Assembly: GCA_964057225.1 (NCBI GenBank)
Contig: OZ059900.1
Span: 1,302,001 to 1,366,000 of the forward strand
Length of the DNA: 64,000 bases
Direction of reading: 5' to 3'
Origin: Auanema rhodensis
Lineage: Eukaryota; Animalia; Nematoda
A model generated the notes under the pieces. The model was given only the letters and a program-made list of their open reading frames with translations. It searched no databases and was not told the DNA's origin. A program made the position numbers and the translations under genes. Below, in pieces: positions 44,315-58,390 of the stretch (its first letter is position 1; each line of letters begins with the position of its first letter).

Positions 44315-46290
44315 TCGAAAATAGAAAGAATTTTTGAAATTTACGAGTTTTGAGTCTAATTTGGCTAAATCGCTCATATATATGATCAAAAGCATAGTTT
44401 TATTGTCTATAACAACAAAAGTCATCAATTAAACGCTAGTGATGTTTAAATACTGAATTTCACTCAAATAGCATTACTACACTAAGTATGGTCGTTTTTA
44501 TGCCTTTAACACCATATACTCACCGATTTTTGGTACAAAATCTGTGATACTCGTAAATTTTGATCATATTCGGTGAGATTCGAGAATCAAACACACAATA
44601 CACGAAATAAGTTTATTTTTACGAGTTTGCACTGATATTTATTCATTTTGATCAAAAAAGGTCGAAAATAGAAAGAATTTTTGAAATTTCCGAGTTTTGA
44701 GTCTAATTTGGCTAAATCGCTCATATATATGATCAAAAGCATAGTTTCATTGTCTATGACAACAAAAGCCATTAATTAAACACTAATGATGTTTAAATCA
44801 CTAAATTTCGCTCAAATAGCATTACTACACTAAGTATGGTCGTTTTTATGCCTTTAACACCATATACTCACCGATTTTTGGTACAAAATCTGTAATACTT
44901 GTAAATTTTGATCATATTCGTTAAGACTCGAGAATCAAACACATAATACACGAAATAAGTCTATTTTTATGAGTTTGCACTGATATTTATTCATTTTGAT
45001 CAAAAAAGGTCGAAAATAGAAAGAATTTTTGAATTTTCCGAGTTTTGAGTCCAATTGGGCTAAATCGCTCATATATATGATCAAAAGCATAGTTTTACTG
45101 TCTATGATAACAAAAGTCTTCAAATATACACTAATAATGTGTAAATCACTGAATTTCACTCAAATAGCTTTACTACACTAAGTATGGTCGTTTTTATGCC
45201 TTTAACACCATATACTCACCGATTTTTGGTACAAAATCTGTAATACTCGTAAATTTTGATCATATTCGTTTAGATTTGAGAATCAAACATACAATACACA
45301 AAATCAGTCTATTTTTATGAGCTTGCACTGATATATATTCATTTTGATCAAAAAAGGTCGAAAATAGAAAGAATTTTTGAAATTTACGAGTTTTGAGTCT
45401 AATTTGGCTAAATCGCTCATATATATGATCAGAAGCATAGTTTTATTGTCTATGACAACAAAAATCATCAATTAAACGCTAGTGATGTTTAAATACTGAT
45501 TTTCGCTCAAATAGCATTACTACACTAAGTATGGTCGTTTTTGTGCCTTTAACACCATATACTCACCGATTTTTGGTACAAAATCTGTAATACTTGTAAA
45601 TTTTGATCATATTCGTTAAGATTCGAGAATCAAACACATAATACACGAAAAAAGTCTATTTTTATGAGCTTGCACTGATATATATTCATTTTGATCAAAA
45701 AAGGTCGAAAATAGAAAGAATTTTTGAAATTTACGAGTTTTGAGTCTAATTTGGCTAAATCGCTCATATATATGATCAGAAGCATAGTTTTATTGTCTAT
45801 GACAACAAAAGTCATTAATTAAACACTAATGATGTTTAAATCACTAAATTTCGCTCAAATAGCATTACTACACTAAGTATGGTCGTTTTTATGCCTTTAA
45901 CACCATATACTCACCGATTTTTGGTACAAAATCTGTAATACTTGTAAATTTTGATCATATTCGTTAAGATTCGAGAATCAAACACATAATACACGAAAAA
46001 AGTCTATTTTTATGAGTTTGCACTGATATTTATTCATTTTGATCAAAAAAGGTCGAAAATAGAAAGAATTTTTGAATTTTCCGAGTTTTGAGTCCAATTG
46101 GGCTAAATCGCTCATATATATGATCAAAAGCATAGTTTTACTGTCTATGATAACAAAAGTCTTCAAATATACACTAATAATGTGTAAATCACTGAATTTC
46201 ACTCAAATAGCTTTACTACACTAAGTATGGTCGTTTTTATGCCTTTAACACCATATACTCACCGATTTTTGGTACAAAATCTGTAATACT

Positions 46291-46300
46291 CGTAAAAAGG
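46291..46300 (+). repeat. 100-bp deletion junction, copy 11 (last in window)
   Basis: cgtaaaaagg; 45978->46573 = 595. Confidence 0.95.
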
Positions 46301-47259
46301 TCGAAAATAGAAAGAATTTTTGAAATTTACGAGTTTTGAGTCTAATTTGGCTAAATCGCTCATATATATGATCAAAAGCATAGTTTTATTGTCTATAACA
46401 ACAAAAGTCATCAATTAAACGCTAGTGATGTTTAAATACTGAATTTCACTCAAATAGCATTACTACACTAAGTATGGTCGTTTTTATGCCTTTAACACCA
46501 TATACTCACCGATTTTTGGTACAAAATCTGTGATACTCGTAAATTTTGATCATATTCGGTGAGATTCGAGAATCAAACACACAATACACGAAATAAGTTT
46601 ATTTTTACGAGTTTGCACTGATATTTATTCATTTTGATCAAAAAAGGTCGAAAATAGAAAGAATTTTTGAAATTTCCGAGTTTTGAGTCTAATTTGGCTA
46701 AATCGCTCATATATATGATCAAAAGCATAGTTTCATTGTCTATGACAACAAAAGTCATCAATTAAACGCTAGTGATGTTTAAATACTGAATTTCGCTCAA
46801 ATAGCATTACTACACTAAGTATGGTCGTTTTTATGCCTTTAACACCATATACTCACCGATTTTTGGTACAAAATCTGTAATACTCGTAAATTTTGATCAT
46901 ATTCGTTAAGATTTGAGAATCAAACATACAATACACAAAATCAGTCTATTTTTATGAGCTTGCACTGATATATATTCATTTTGATCAAAAAAGGTCGAAA
47001 ATAGAAAGAATTTTTGAATTTTCCGAGTTTTGAGTCCAATTGGGCTAAATCGCTCATATATATGATCAAAAGCATAGTTTTACTGTCTATGATGACAAAA
47101 GTCTTCAAATATACACTAATAATGTGTAAATCACTGAATTTCACTCAAATAGCTTTACTACACTAAGTATGGTCGTTTTTATGCCTTTAACACCATATAC
47201 TCACCGATTTTTGGTACAAAATCTGTAATACTCGTAAATTTTGATCATATTCGTTTAGA

Positions 47260-50200
47260 TTTGAGAATCAAACATACAATACACAAAATCAGTCTATTTT
47301 TATGAGCTTGCACTGATATATATTCATTTTGATCAAAAAAGGTCGAAAATAGAAAGAATTTTTGAAATTTCCGAGTTTTGAGTCCAATTTGGCTCAATCG
47401 CTCATATATATGATCAAAAGCATAGTTCTATTGTCTATAACAACAAAAGTCTTCAATTAAACGCTAGTGATGTTTAAATACTGAATTTCGCTCAAATAGC
47501 ATTACTACACTAAGTATGGTCGTTTTTATGCCTTTAACACCATATACTCACCGATTTTTGGTACAAAATCTGTAATACTCGTAAGTTTTGATCATATTCG
47601 TTAAGATTTGAGAATCAAACATACAATACACAAAATCAGTCTATTTTTATGAGCTTGCACTGATATTTATTCATTTTGATCAAAAAAGGTCGAAAATAGA
47701 AAGAATTTTTGAATTTTCCGAGTTTTGAGTCCAATTGGGCTAAATCGCTCATATATATGATCAAAAGCATAGTTTTACTGTCTATGATAACAAAAGTCTT
47801 CAAATATACACTAATAATGTGTAAATCACTGAATTTCACTCAAATAGCTTTACTACACTAAGTATGGTCGTTTTTATGCCTTTAACACCATATACTCACC
47901 GATTTTTGGTACAAAATCTGTAATACTCGTAAATTTTGATCATATTCGTTTAGATTTGAGAATCAAACATACAATACACAAAATCAGTCTATTTTTATGA
48001 GCTTGCACTGATATATATTCATTTTGATCAAAAAAGGTCGAAAATAGAAAGAATTTTTGAAATTTCCGAGTTTTGAGTCCAATTTGGCTAAATCGCTCAT
48101 ATATATGATCAAAAGCATAGTTCTATTGTCTATAACAACAAAAGTCTTCAATTAAACGCTAGTGATGTTTAAATACTGAATTTCGCTCAAATAGCATTAC
48201 TACACTAAGTATGGTCGTTTTTATGCCTTTAACACCATATACTCACCGATTTTTGGTACAAAATCTGTAATACTCGTAAGTTTTGATCATATTCGTTAAG
48301 ATTTGAGAATCAAACATACAATACACAAAATCAGTCTATTTTTATGAGCTTGCACTGATATATATTCATTTTGATCAAAAAAGGTCGAAAATAGAAAGAA
48401 TTTTTGAAATTTACGAGTTTTGAGTCTAATTTGGCTAAATCGCTCATATATATGATCAGAAGCATAGTTTTATTGTCTATGACAACAAAAGCCATTAATT
48501 AAACACTAATGATGTTTAAATCACTAAATTTCGCTCAAATAGCATTACTACACTAAGTATGGTCGTTTTTATGCCTTTAACACCATATACTCACCGATTT
48601 TTGGTACAAAATCTGTAATACTTGTAAATTTTGATCATATTCGTTAAGACTCGAGAATCAAACACATAATACACGAAATAAGTCTATTTTTATGAGTTTG
48701 CACTGATATTTATTCATTTTGATCAAAAAAGGTCGAAAATAGAAAGAATTTTTGAATTTTCCGAGTTTTGAGTCCAATTGGGCTAAATCGCTCATATATA
48801 TGATCAAAAGCATAGTTTTACTGTCTATGATAACAAAAGTCTTCAAATATACACTAATAATGTGTAAATCACTGAATTTCACTCAAATAGCTTTACTACA
48901 CTAAGTATGGTCGTTTTTATGCCTTTAACACCATATACTCACCGATTTTTGGTACAAAATCTGTAATACTCGTAAATTTTGATCATATTCGTTTAGATTT
49001 GAGAATCAAACATACAATACACAAAATCAGTCTATTTTTATGAGCTTGCACTGATATATATTCATTTTGATCAAAAAAGGTCGAAAATAGAAAGAATTTT
49101 TGAAATTTCCGAGTTTTGAGTCCAATTTGGCTCAATCGCTCATATATATGATCAAAAGCATAGTTCTATTGTCTATAACAACAAAAGTCTTCAATTAAAC
49201 GCTAGTGATATTTAAATACTGAATTTCGCTCAAATAGCATTACTACACTAAGTATGGTCGTTTTTATGCCTTTAACACCATATACTCACCGATTTTTGGT
49301 ACAAAATCTGTAATACTCGTAAGTTTTGATCATATTCGTTAAGATTTGAGAATCAAACATACAATACACAAAATCAGTCTATTTTTATGAGCTTGCACTG
49401 ATATTTATTCATTTTGATCAAAAAAGGTCGAAAATAGAAAGAATTTTTGAATTTTCCGAGTTTTGAGTCCAATTGGGCTAAATCGCTCATATATATGATC
49501 AAAAGCATAGTTTTACTGTCTATGATAACAAAAGTCTTCAAATATACACTAATAATGTGTAAATCACTGAATTTCACTCAAATAGCTTTACTACACTAAG
49601 TATGGTCGTTTTTATGCCTTTAACACCATATACTCACCGATTTTTGGTACAAAATCTGTAATACTCGTAAATTTTGATCATATTCGTTTAGATTTGAGAA
49701 TCAAACATACAATACACAAAATCAGTCTATTTTTATGAGCTTGCACTGATATATATTCATTTTGATCAAAAAAGGTCGAAAATAGAAAGAATTTTTGAAA
49801 TTTCCGAGTTTTGAGTCCAATTTGGCTAAATCGCTCATATATATGATCAAAAGCATAGTTCTATTGTCTATAACAACAAAAGTCTTCAATTAAACGCTAG
49901 TGATGTTTAAATACTGAATTTCGCTCAAATAGCATTACTACACTAAGTATGGTCGTTTTTATGCCTTTAACACCATATACTCACCGATTTTTGGTACAAA
50001 ATCTGTAATACTCGTAAGTTTTGATCATATTCGTTAAGATTTGAGAATCAAACATACAATACACAAAATCAGTCTATTTTTATGAGCTTGCACTGATATA
50101 TATTCATTTTGATCAAAAAAGGTCGAAAATAGAAAGAATTTTTGAAATTTCCGAGTTTTGAGTCCAATTTGGCTAAATCGCTCATATATATGATCAGAAG

Positions 50201-50700
50201 CATAGTTTTATTGTCTATGACAACAAAAGCCATTAATTAAACACTAATGATGTTTAAATCACTAAATTTCGCTCAAATAGCATTACTACACTAAGTATGG
50301 TCGTTTTTATGCCTTTAACACCATATACTCACCGATTTTTGGTACAAAATCTGTAATACTTGTAAATTTTGATCATATTCGTTAAGATTCGAGAATCAAA
50401 CACATAATACACGAAATAAGTCTATTTTTATGAGTTTGCACTGATATTTATTCATTTTGATCAAAAAAGGTCGAAAATAGAAAGAATTTTTGAATTTTCC
50501 GAGTTTTGAGTCCAATTGGGCTAAATCGCTCATATATATGATCAAAAGCATAGTTTTACTGTCTATGATAACAAAAGTCTTCAAATATACACTAATAATG
50601 TGTAAATCACTGAATTTCACTCAAATAGCTTTACTACACTAAGTATGGTCGTTTTTATGCCTTTAACACCATATACTCACCGATTTTTGGTACAAAATCT
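47260..50700 (+). repeat. Local higher-order repeat: 5-monomer unit of 1738 bp, about two copies
   Basis: 47636/49374 and 48658/50396 are offset by 1738. The ggctCaatcg variant occurs at 47395 and 49133. Confidence 0.8.
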
Positions 50701-53700
50701 GTAATACTCGTAAATTTTGATCATATTCGTTAAGATTTGAGAATCAAACATACAATACACGAAATAAGTTCATTTTTACAAGTTTGCACTGATATTTATT
50801 CATTTTGATCAAAAAAGGTCGAAAATAGAAAGAATTTTTGAAATTTACGAGTTTTGAGTCTAATTTGGCTAAATCGCTCATATATATGATCAGAAGCATA
50901 GTTTTATTGTCTATGACAACAAAAGTCATTAATTAAACACTAATGATGTTTAAATACTGATTTTCGCTCAAATAGCATTACTACACTAAGTATGGTCGTT
51001 TTTATACCTTCAACACCATATACTCACCGATTTTTGGTACAAAATCTGTAATACTCGTAAATTTTGATCATATTCGTTAAGATTTGAGAATCAAACATAC
51101 AATACACGAAATAAGTTCATTTTTACAAGTTTGCACTGATATTTATTCATTTTGATCAAAAAAGGTCGAAAATAGAAAGAATTTTTGAAATTTACGAGTT
51201 TTGAGTCTAATTTGGCTAAATCGCTCATATATATGATCAGAAGCATAGTTTTATTGTCTATGACAACAAAAGCCATTAATTAAACACTAATGATGTTTAA
51301 ATCACTAAATTTCGCTCAAATAGCATTACTACACTAAGTATGGTCGTTTTTATGCCTTTAACACCATATACTCACCGATTTTTGGTACAAAATCTGTAAT
51401 ACTTGTAAATTTTGATCATATTCGTTAAGATTCGAGAATCAAACACATAATACACGAAATAAGTCTATTTTTATGAGTTTGCACTGATATTTATTCATTT
51501 TGATCAAAAAAGGTCGAAAATAGAAAGAATTTTTGAATTTTCCGAGTTTTGAGTCCAATTGGGCTAAATCGCTCATATATATGATCAAAAGCATAGTTTT
51601 ACTGTCTATGATAACAAAAGTCTTCAAATATACACTAATAATGTGTAAATCACTGAATTTCACTCAAATAGCTTTACTACACTAAGTATGGTCGTTTTTA
51701 TGCCTTTAACACCATATACTCACCGATTTTTGGTACAAAATCTGTAATACTCGTAAATTTTGATCATATTCGTTAAGATTTGAGAATCAAACATACAATA
51801 CACGAAATAAGTTCATTTTTACAAGTTTGCACTGATATTTATTCATTTTGATCAAAAAAGGTCGAAAATAGAAAGAATTTTTGAAATTTACGAGTTTTGA
51901 GTCTAATTTGGCTAAATCGCTCATATATATGATCAGAAGCATAGTTTTATTGTCTATGACAACAAAAGCCATTAATTAAACACTAATGATGTTTAAATCA
52001 CTAAATTTCGCTCAAATAGCATTACTACACTAAGTATGGTCGTTTTTATGCCTTTAACACCATATACTCACCGATTTTTGGTACAAAATCTGTGATACTC
52101 GTAAATTTCGATCATATTCGTTAAGATTCGAGAATCAAACACACAATACACGAAATGAGTTTATTTTCACGAGATTGCACTGATATTTATTCATTTTGAT
52201 CAAAAAAGGTCGAAAATAGAAAGAATTTTTGAATTTTCCGAGTTTTGAGTCCAATTGGGCTAAATCGCTCATATATATGATCAAAAGCATAGTTTTACTG
52301 TCTATGATAACAAAAGTCTTCAAATATACACTAGTAATGATTAAATCACTGAATTTCACTCAAATAGCATTACTACACTAAGTATGGTCGTTTTTATGCC
52401 TTTAACACCATATACTCACCGATTTTTGGTACAAAATCTGTAATACTCGTAAATTTTGATCATGTTTGTTAAGATTTGAGAATCAAACATACAATACACA
52501 AAATCAGTCTATTTTTATGAGCTTGCACTGATATATATTGATTTTGATCAAAAAAGGTCGAAAATAGAAAGAATTTTTGAAATTTACGAGTTTTGAGTCT
52601 AATTTGGCTAAATCGCTCATATATATGATCAGAAGCATAGTTTTATTGTCTATGACAACAAAAGTCATTAATTAAACACTAATGATGTTTAAATACTGAT
52701 TTTCGCTCAAATAGCATTACTACACTAAGTATGGTCGTTTTTATACCTTCAACACCATATACTCACCGATTTTTGGTACAAAATCTGTAATACTTGTAAA
52801 TTTCGATCATATTCGTTAAGATTTGAGAATCAAACACATAATACACGAAATAAGTCTATTTTTACAAGTTTGCACTGATATTTATTCATTTTGATCAAAA
52901 AAGGTCGAAAATAGAAAGAATTTTTGAAATTTCCGAGTTTTGAGTCCAATTTGGCTAAATCGCTCATATATATGATCAAAAGCATAGTTCTATTGTCTAT
53001 AACAACAAAAGTCTTCAATTAAACGCTAGTGATGTTTTAATACTGAATTTCGCTCAAATAGCATTACTACACTAAGTATGGTCGTTTTTATGCCTTTAAC
53101 ACCATATACTCACCGATTTTTGGTACAAAATCTGTAATACTTGTAAATTTTGATCATATTCGTTAAGATTCGAGAATCAAACACATAATACACGAAAAAA
53201 GTCTATTTTTATGAGTTTGCACTGATATTTATTCATTTTGATCAAAAAAGGTCGAAAATAGAAAGAATTTTTGAATTTTCCGAGTTTTGAGTCCAATTGG
53301 GCTAAATCGCTCATATATATGATCAAAAGCATAGTTTTACTGTCTATGATAACAAAAGTCTTCAAATATACACTAATAATGTGTAAATCACTGAATTTCA
53401 CTCAAATAGCTTTACTACACTAAGTATGGTCATTTTTATGCCTTTAACACCATATACTCACCGATTTTTGGTACAAAATCTGTGATACTCGTAAATTTTG
53501 ATCATTTCCGTTAAGATTCAAGAATCAAACACACAATACACGAAATAAGTTCATTTTTACAAGTTTGCACTGATATTTATTCATTTTGATCAAAAAAGGT
53601 CGAAAATAGAAAGAATTTTTGAAATTTACGAGTTTTGAGTCTAATTTGGCTAAATCGCTCATATATATGATCAGAAGCATAGTTTTATTGTCTATGACAA

Positions 53701-56700
53701 CAAAAGCCATTAATTAAACACTAATGATGTTTAAATCACTAAATTTCGCTCAAATAGCATTACTACACTAAGTATGGTCGTTTTTATGCCTTTAACACCA
53801 TATACTCACCGATTTTTGGTACAAAATCTGTAATACTTGTAAATTTTGATCATATTCGTTAAGATTCGAGAATCAAACACATAATACACGAAATAAGTCT
53901 ATTTTTATGAGTTTGCACTGATATTTATTCATTTTGATCAAAAAAGGTCGAAAATAGAAAGAATTTTTGAATTTTCCGAGTTTTGAGTCCAATTGGGCTA
54001 AATCGCTCATATATATGATCAAAAGCATAGTTTTACTGTCTATGATAACAAAAGTCTTCAAATATACACTAATAATGTGTAAATCACTGAATTTCACTCA
54101 AATAGCTTTACTACACTAAGTATGGTCGTTTTTATGCCTTTAACACCATATACTCACCGATTTTTGGTACAAAATCTGTAATACTCGTAAATTTTGATCA
54201 TATTCGTTAAGATTTGAGAATCAAACATACAATACACGAAATAAGTTCATTTTTACAAGTTTGCACTGATATTTATTCATTTTGATCAAAAAAGGTCGAA
54301 AATAGAAAGAATTTTTGAAATTTACGAGTTTTGAGTCTAATTTGGCTAAATCGCTCATATATATGATCAGAAGCATAGTTTTATTGTCTATGACAACAAA
54401 AGTCATTAATTAAACACTAATGATGTTTAAATACTGATTTTCGCTCAAATAGCATTACTACACTAAGTATGGTCGTTTTTATACCTTCAACACCATATAC
54501 TCACCGATTTTTGGTACAAAATCTGTGATACTCGTAAATTTCGATCATATTCGTTAAGATTCGAGAATCAAACACACAATACACGAAATGAGTTTATTTT
54601 CACGAGTTTGCACTGATATTTATTCATTTTGATCAAAAAAGGTCGAAAATAGAAAGAATTTTTGAATTTTCCGAGTTTTGAGTCCAATTGGGCTAAATCG
54701 CTCATATATATGATCAAAAGCATAGTTTTACTGTCTATGATAACAAAAGTCTTCAAATATACACTAGTAATGATTAAATCACTGAATTTCACTCAAATAG
54801 CATTACTACACTAAGTATGGTCGTTTTTATGCCTTTAACACCATATACTCACCGATTTTTGGTACAAAATCTGTAATACTCGTAAATTTTGATCATGTTT
54901 GTTAAGATTTGAGAATCAAACATACAATACACAAAATCAGTCTATTTTTATGAGCTTGCACTGATATATATTGATTTTGATCAAAAAAGGTCGAAAATAG
55001 AAAGAATTTTTGAAATTTACGAGTTTTGAGTCTAATTTGGCTAAATCGCTCATATATATGATCAGAAGCATAGTTTTATTGTCTATGACAACAAAAGTCA
55101 TTAATTAAACACTAATGATGTTTAAATACTGATTTTCGCTCAAATAGCATTACTACACTAAGTATGGTCGTTTTTATACCTTCAACACCATATACTCACC
55201 GATTTTTGGTACAAAATCTGTAATACTTGTAAATTTCGATCATATTCGTTAAGATTTGAGAATCAAACACATAATACACGAAATAAGTCTATTTTTACAA
55301 GTTTGCACTGATATTTATTCATTTTGATCAAAAAAGGTCGAAAATAGAAAGAATTTTTGAAATTTCCGAGTTTTGAGTCCAATTTGGCTAAATCGCTCAT
55401 ATATATGATCAGAAGCATAGTTTTATTGTCTATGACAACAAAAGTCATTAATTAAACACTAATGATGTTTAAATACTGATTTTCGCTCAAATAGCATTAC
55501 TACACTAAGTATGGTCGTTTTTATACCTTCAACACCATATACTCACCGATTTTTGGTACAAAATCTGTGATACTCGTAAATTTTGATCATATTCGTTAAG
55601 ATTTGAGAATCAAACATACAATACACAAAATCAGTCTATTTTTATAAGCTTGCACTGATATATATTCATTTTGATCAAAAAGGGTCGAAAATAGAAAGAA
55701 TTTTTGTAATTTACGAGTTTTGAGTCTAATTTGGCTAAATCGCTCATATATATGATCAGAAGCATAGTTTTATTGTCTATGACAACAAAAGTCATTAATT
55801 AAACACTAATAATGTTTAAATCACTAAATTTCGCTCAAATAGCATTACTACACTAAGTATGGTCGTTTTTATGCCTTTAACACCATATACTCACCGATTT
55901 TTGGTACAAAATCTGTAATACTTGTAAATTTTGATCATATTCGTTAAGATTCGAGAATCAAACACATAATACACGAAATAAGTCTATTTTTATGAGTTTG
56001 CACTGATATTTATTCATTTTGATCAAAAAAGGTCGAAAATAGAAAGAATTTTTGAATTTTCCGAGTTTTGAGTCCAATTGGGCTAAATCGCTCATATATA
56101 TGATCAAAAGCATAGTTTTACTGTCTATGATAACAAAAGTCTTCAAATATACACTAGTAATGATTAAATCACTAAATTTCGCTCAAATAGCATTACTACA
56201 CTAAGTATGGTCGTTTTTATGCCTTTAACACCATATACTCACCGATTTTTGGTACAAAATCTGTAATACTTGTAAATTTTGATCATATTCGTTAAGATTC
56301 GAGAATCAAACACATAATACACGAAATAAGTCTATTTTTATGAGTTTGCACTGATATTTATTCATTTTGATCAAAAAAGGTCGAAAATAGAAAGAATTTT
56401 TGAAATTTACGAGTTTTGAGTCTAATTTGGCTAAATCGCTCATATATATGATCAGAAGCATAGTTTTATTGTCTATGACAACAAAAGTCATTAATTAAAC
56501 ACTAATAATGTTTAAATCACTAAATTTCGCTCAAATAGCATTACTACACTAAGTATGGTCGTTTTTATGCCTTTAACACCATATACTCACCGATTTTTGG
56601 TACAAAATCTGTAATACTTGTAAATTTTGATCATATTCGTTAAGATTCGAGAATCAAACACACAATACACGAAATGAGTTTATTTTCACGAGTTTGCACT

Positions 56701-58390
56701 GATATTTATTCATTTTGATCAAAAAAGGTCGAAAATAGAAAGAATTTTTGAATTTTCCGAGTTTTGAGTCCAATTGGGCTAAATCGCTCATATATATGAT
56801 CAAAAGCATAGTTTTACTGTCTATGATAACAAAAGTCTTCAAATATACACTAGTAATGATTAAATCACTGAATTTCACTCAAATAGCATTACTACACTAA
56901 GTATGGTCGTTTTTATGCCTTTAACACCATATACTCACCGATTTTTGGTACAAAATCTGTAATACTTGTAAATTTCGATCATATTCGTTAAGATTTGAGA
57001 ATCAAACACGTAATACACGAAATAAGTCTATTTTTACAAGTTTGCACTGATATTTATTCATTTTGATCAAAAAAGGTCGAAAATAGAAAGAATTTTTGAA
57101 ATTTCCGAGTTTTGAGTCCAATTTGGCTAAATCGCTCATATATATGATCAAAAGCATAGTTCTATTGTCTATAACAACAAAAGTCTTCAATTAAACGCTA
57201 GTGATGTTTTAATACTGAATTTCGCTCAAATAGCATTACTACACTAAGTATGGTCGTTTTTATGCCTTTAACACCATATACTCACCGATTTTTGGTACAG
57301 AATCTGTAATACTCGTAAATTTTGATCATATTCGTTAAGATTTGAGAATCAAACATACAATACACAAAATCAGTCTATTTTTATAAGCTTGCACTGATAT
57401 ATATTCATTTTGATCAAAAAGGGTCGAAAATAGAAAGAATTTTTGAAATTTACGAGTTTTGAGTCTAATTTGGCTAAATCGCTCATATATATGATCAGAA
57501 GCATAGTTTTATTGTCTATGACAACAAAAGTCATTAATTAAACACTAATAATGTTTAAATCACTAAATTTCGCTCAAATAGCATTACTACACTAAGTATG
57601 GTCGTTTTTATGCCTTTAACACCATATACTCACCGATTTTTGGTACAAAATCTGTAATACTTGTAAATTTTGATCATATTCGTTAAGATTCGAGAATCAA
57701 ACACATAATACACGAAATAAGTCTATTTTTATGAGTTTGCACTGATATTTATTCATTTTGATCAAAAAAGGTCGAAAATAGAAAGAATTTTTGAAATTTC
57801 CGAGTTTTGAGTCTAATTTGGCTAATTCGCTCATATATATGATCAGAAGCATAGTTTTATTGTCTATGACAACAAAAATCATCAATTAAACGCTAGTGAT
57901 GTTTAAATACTGATTTTCGCTCAAATAGCATTACTACACTAAGTATGGTCGTTTTTATGCCTTTAACACCATATACTCACCGATTTTTGGTACAAAATCT
58001 GTAATACTTGTAAATTTTGATCATATTCGTTAAGATTTGAGAATCAAACATACAATACACAAAATCAGTCTATTTTTATGAGCTTGCACTGATATATATT
58101 CATTTTGATCAAAAAAGGTCGAAAATAGAAAGAATTTTTGAAATTTCCGAGTTTTGAGTCTAATTTGGCTAAATCGCTCATATATATGATCAGAAGCATA
58201 GTTTTATTGTCTTTGACAACAAAAATCATCAATTAAACGCTAGTGATGTTTAAATACTGATTTTCGCTCAAATAGCATTACTACACTAAGTATGGTCGTT
58301 TTTATGCCTTTAACACCATATACTCACCGATTTTTGGTACAAAATCTGTAATACTCGTAAATTTTGATCATATTCGGTGAGATTTGAGAA

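Larger units (their letters stand above)
38862..45083. repeat. Second inverted repeat: arms ~38862-41155 and ~42790-45083 (~2.3 kb each), spacer ~1.63 kb
   Basis: Coordinates sum to 83945 (39173+44772, 39729+44216, 40116+43829, 40460+43485, 41019+42926). A rare SNP mirrors at 39018/44927, and deletion junctions at 39640/44305 and 40930/43015. Confidence 0.9.
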
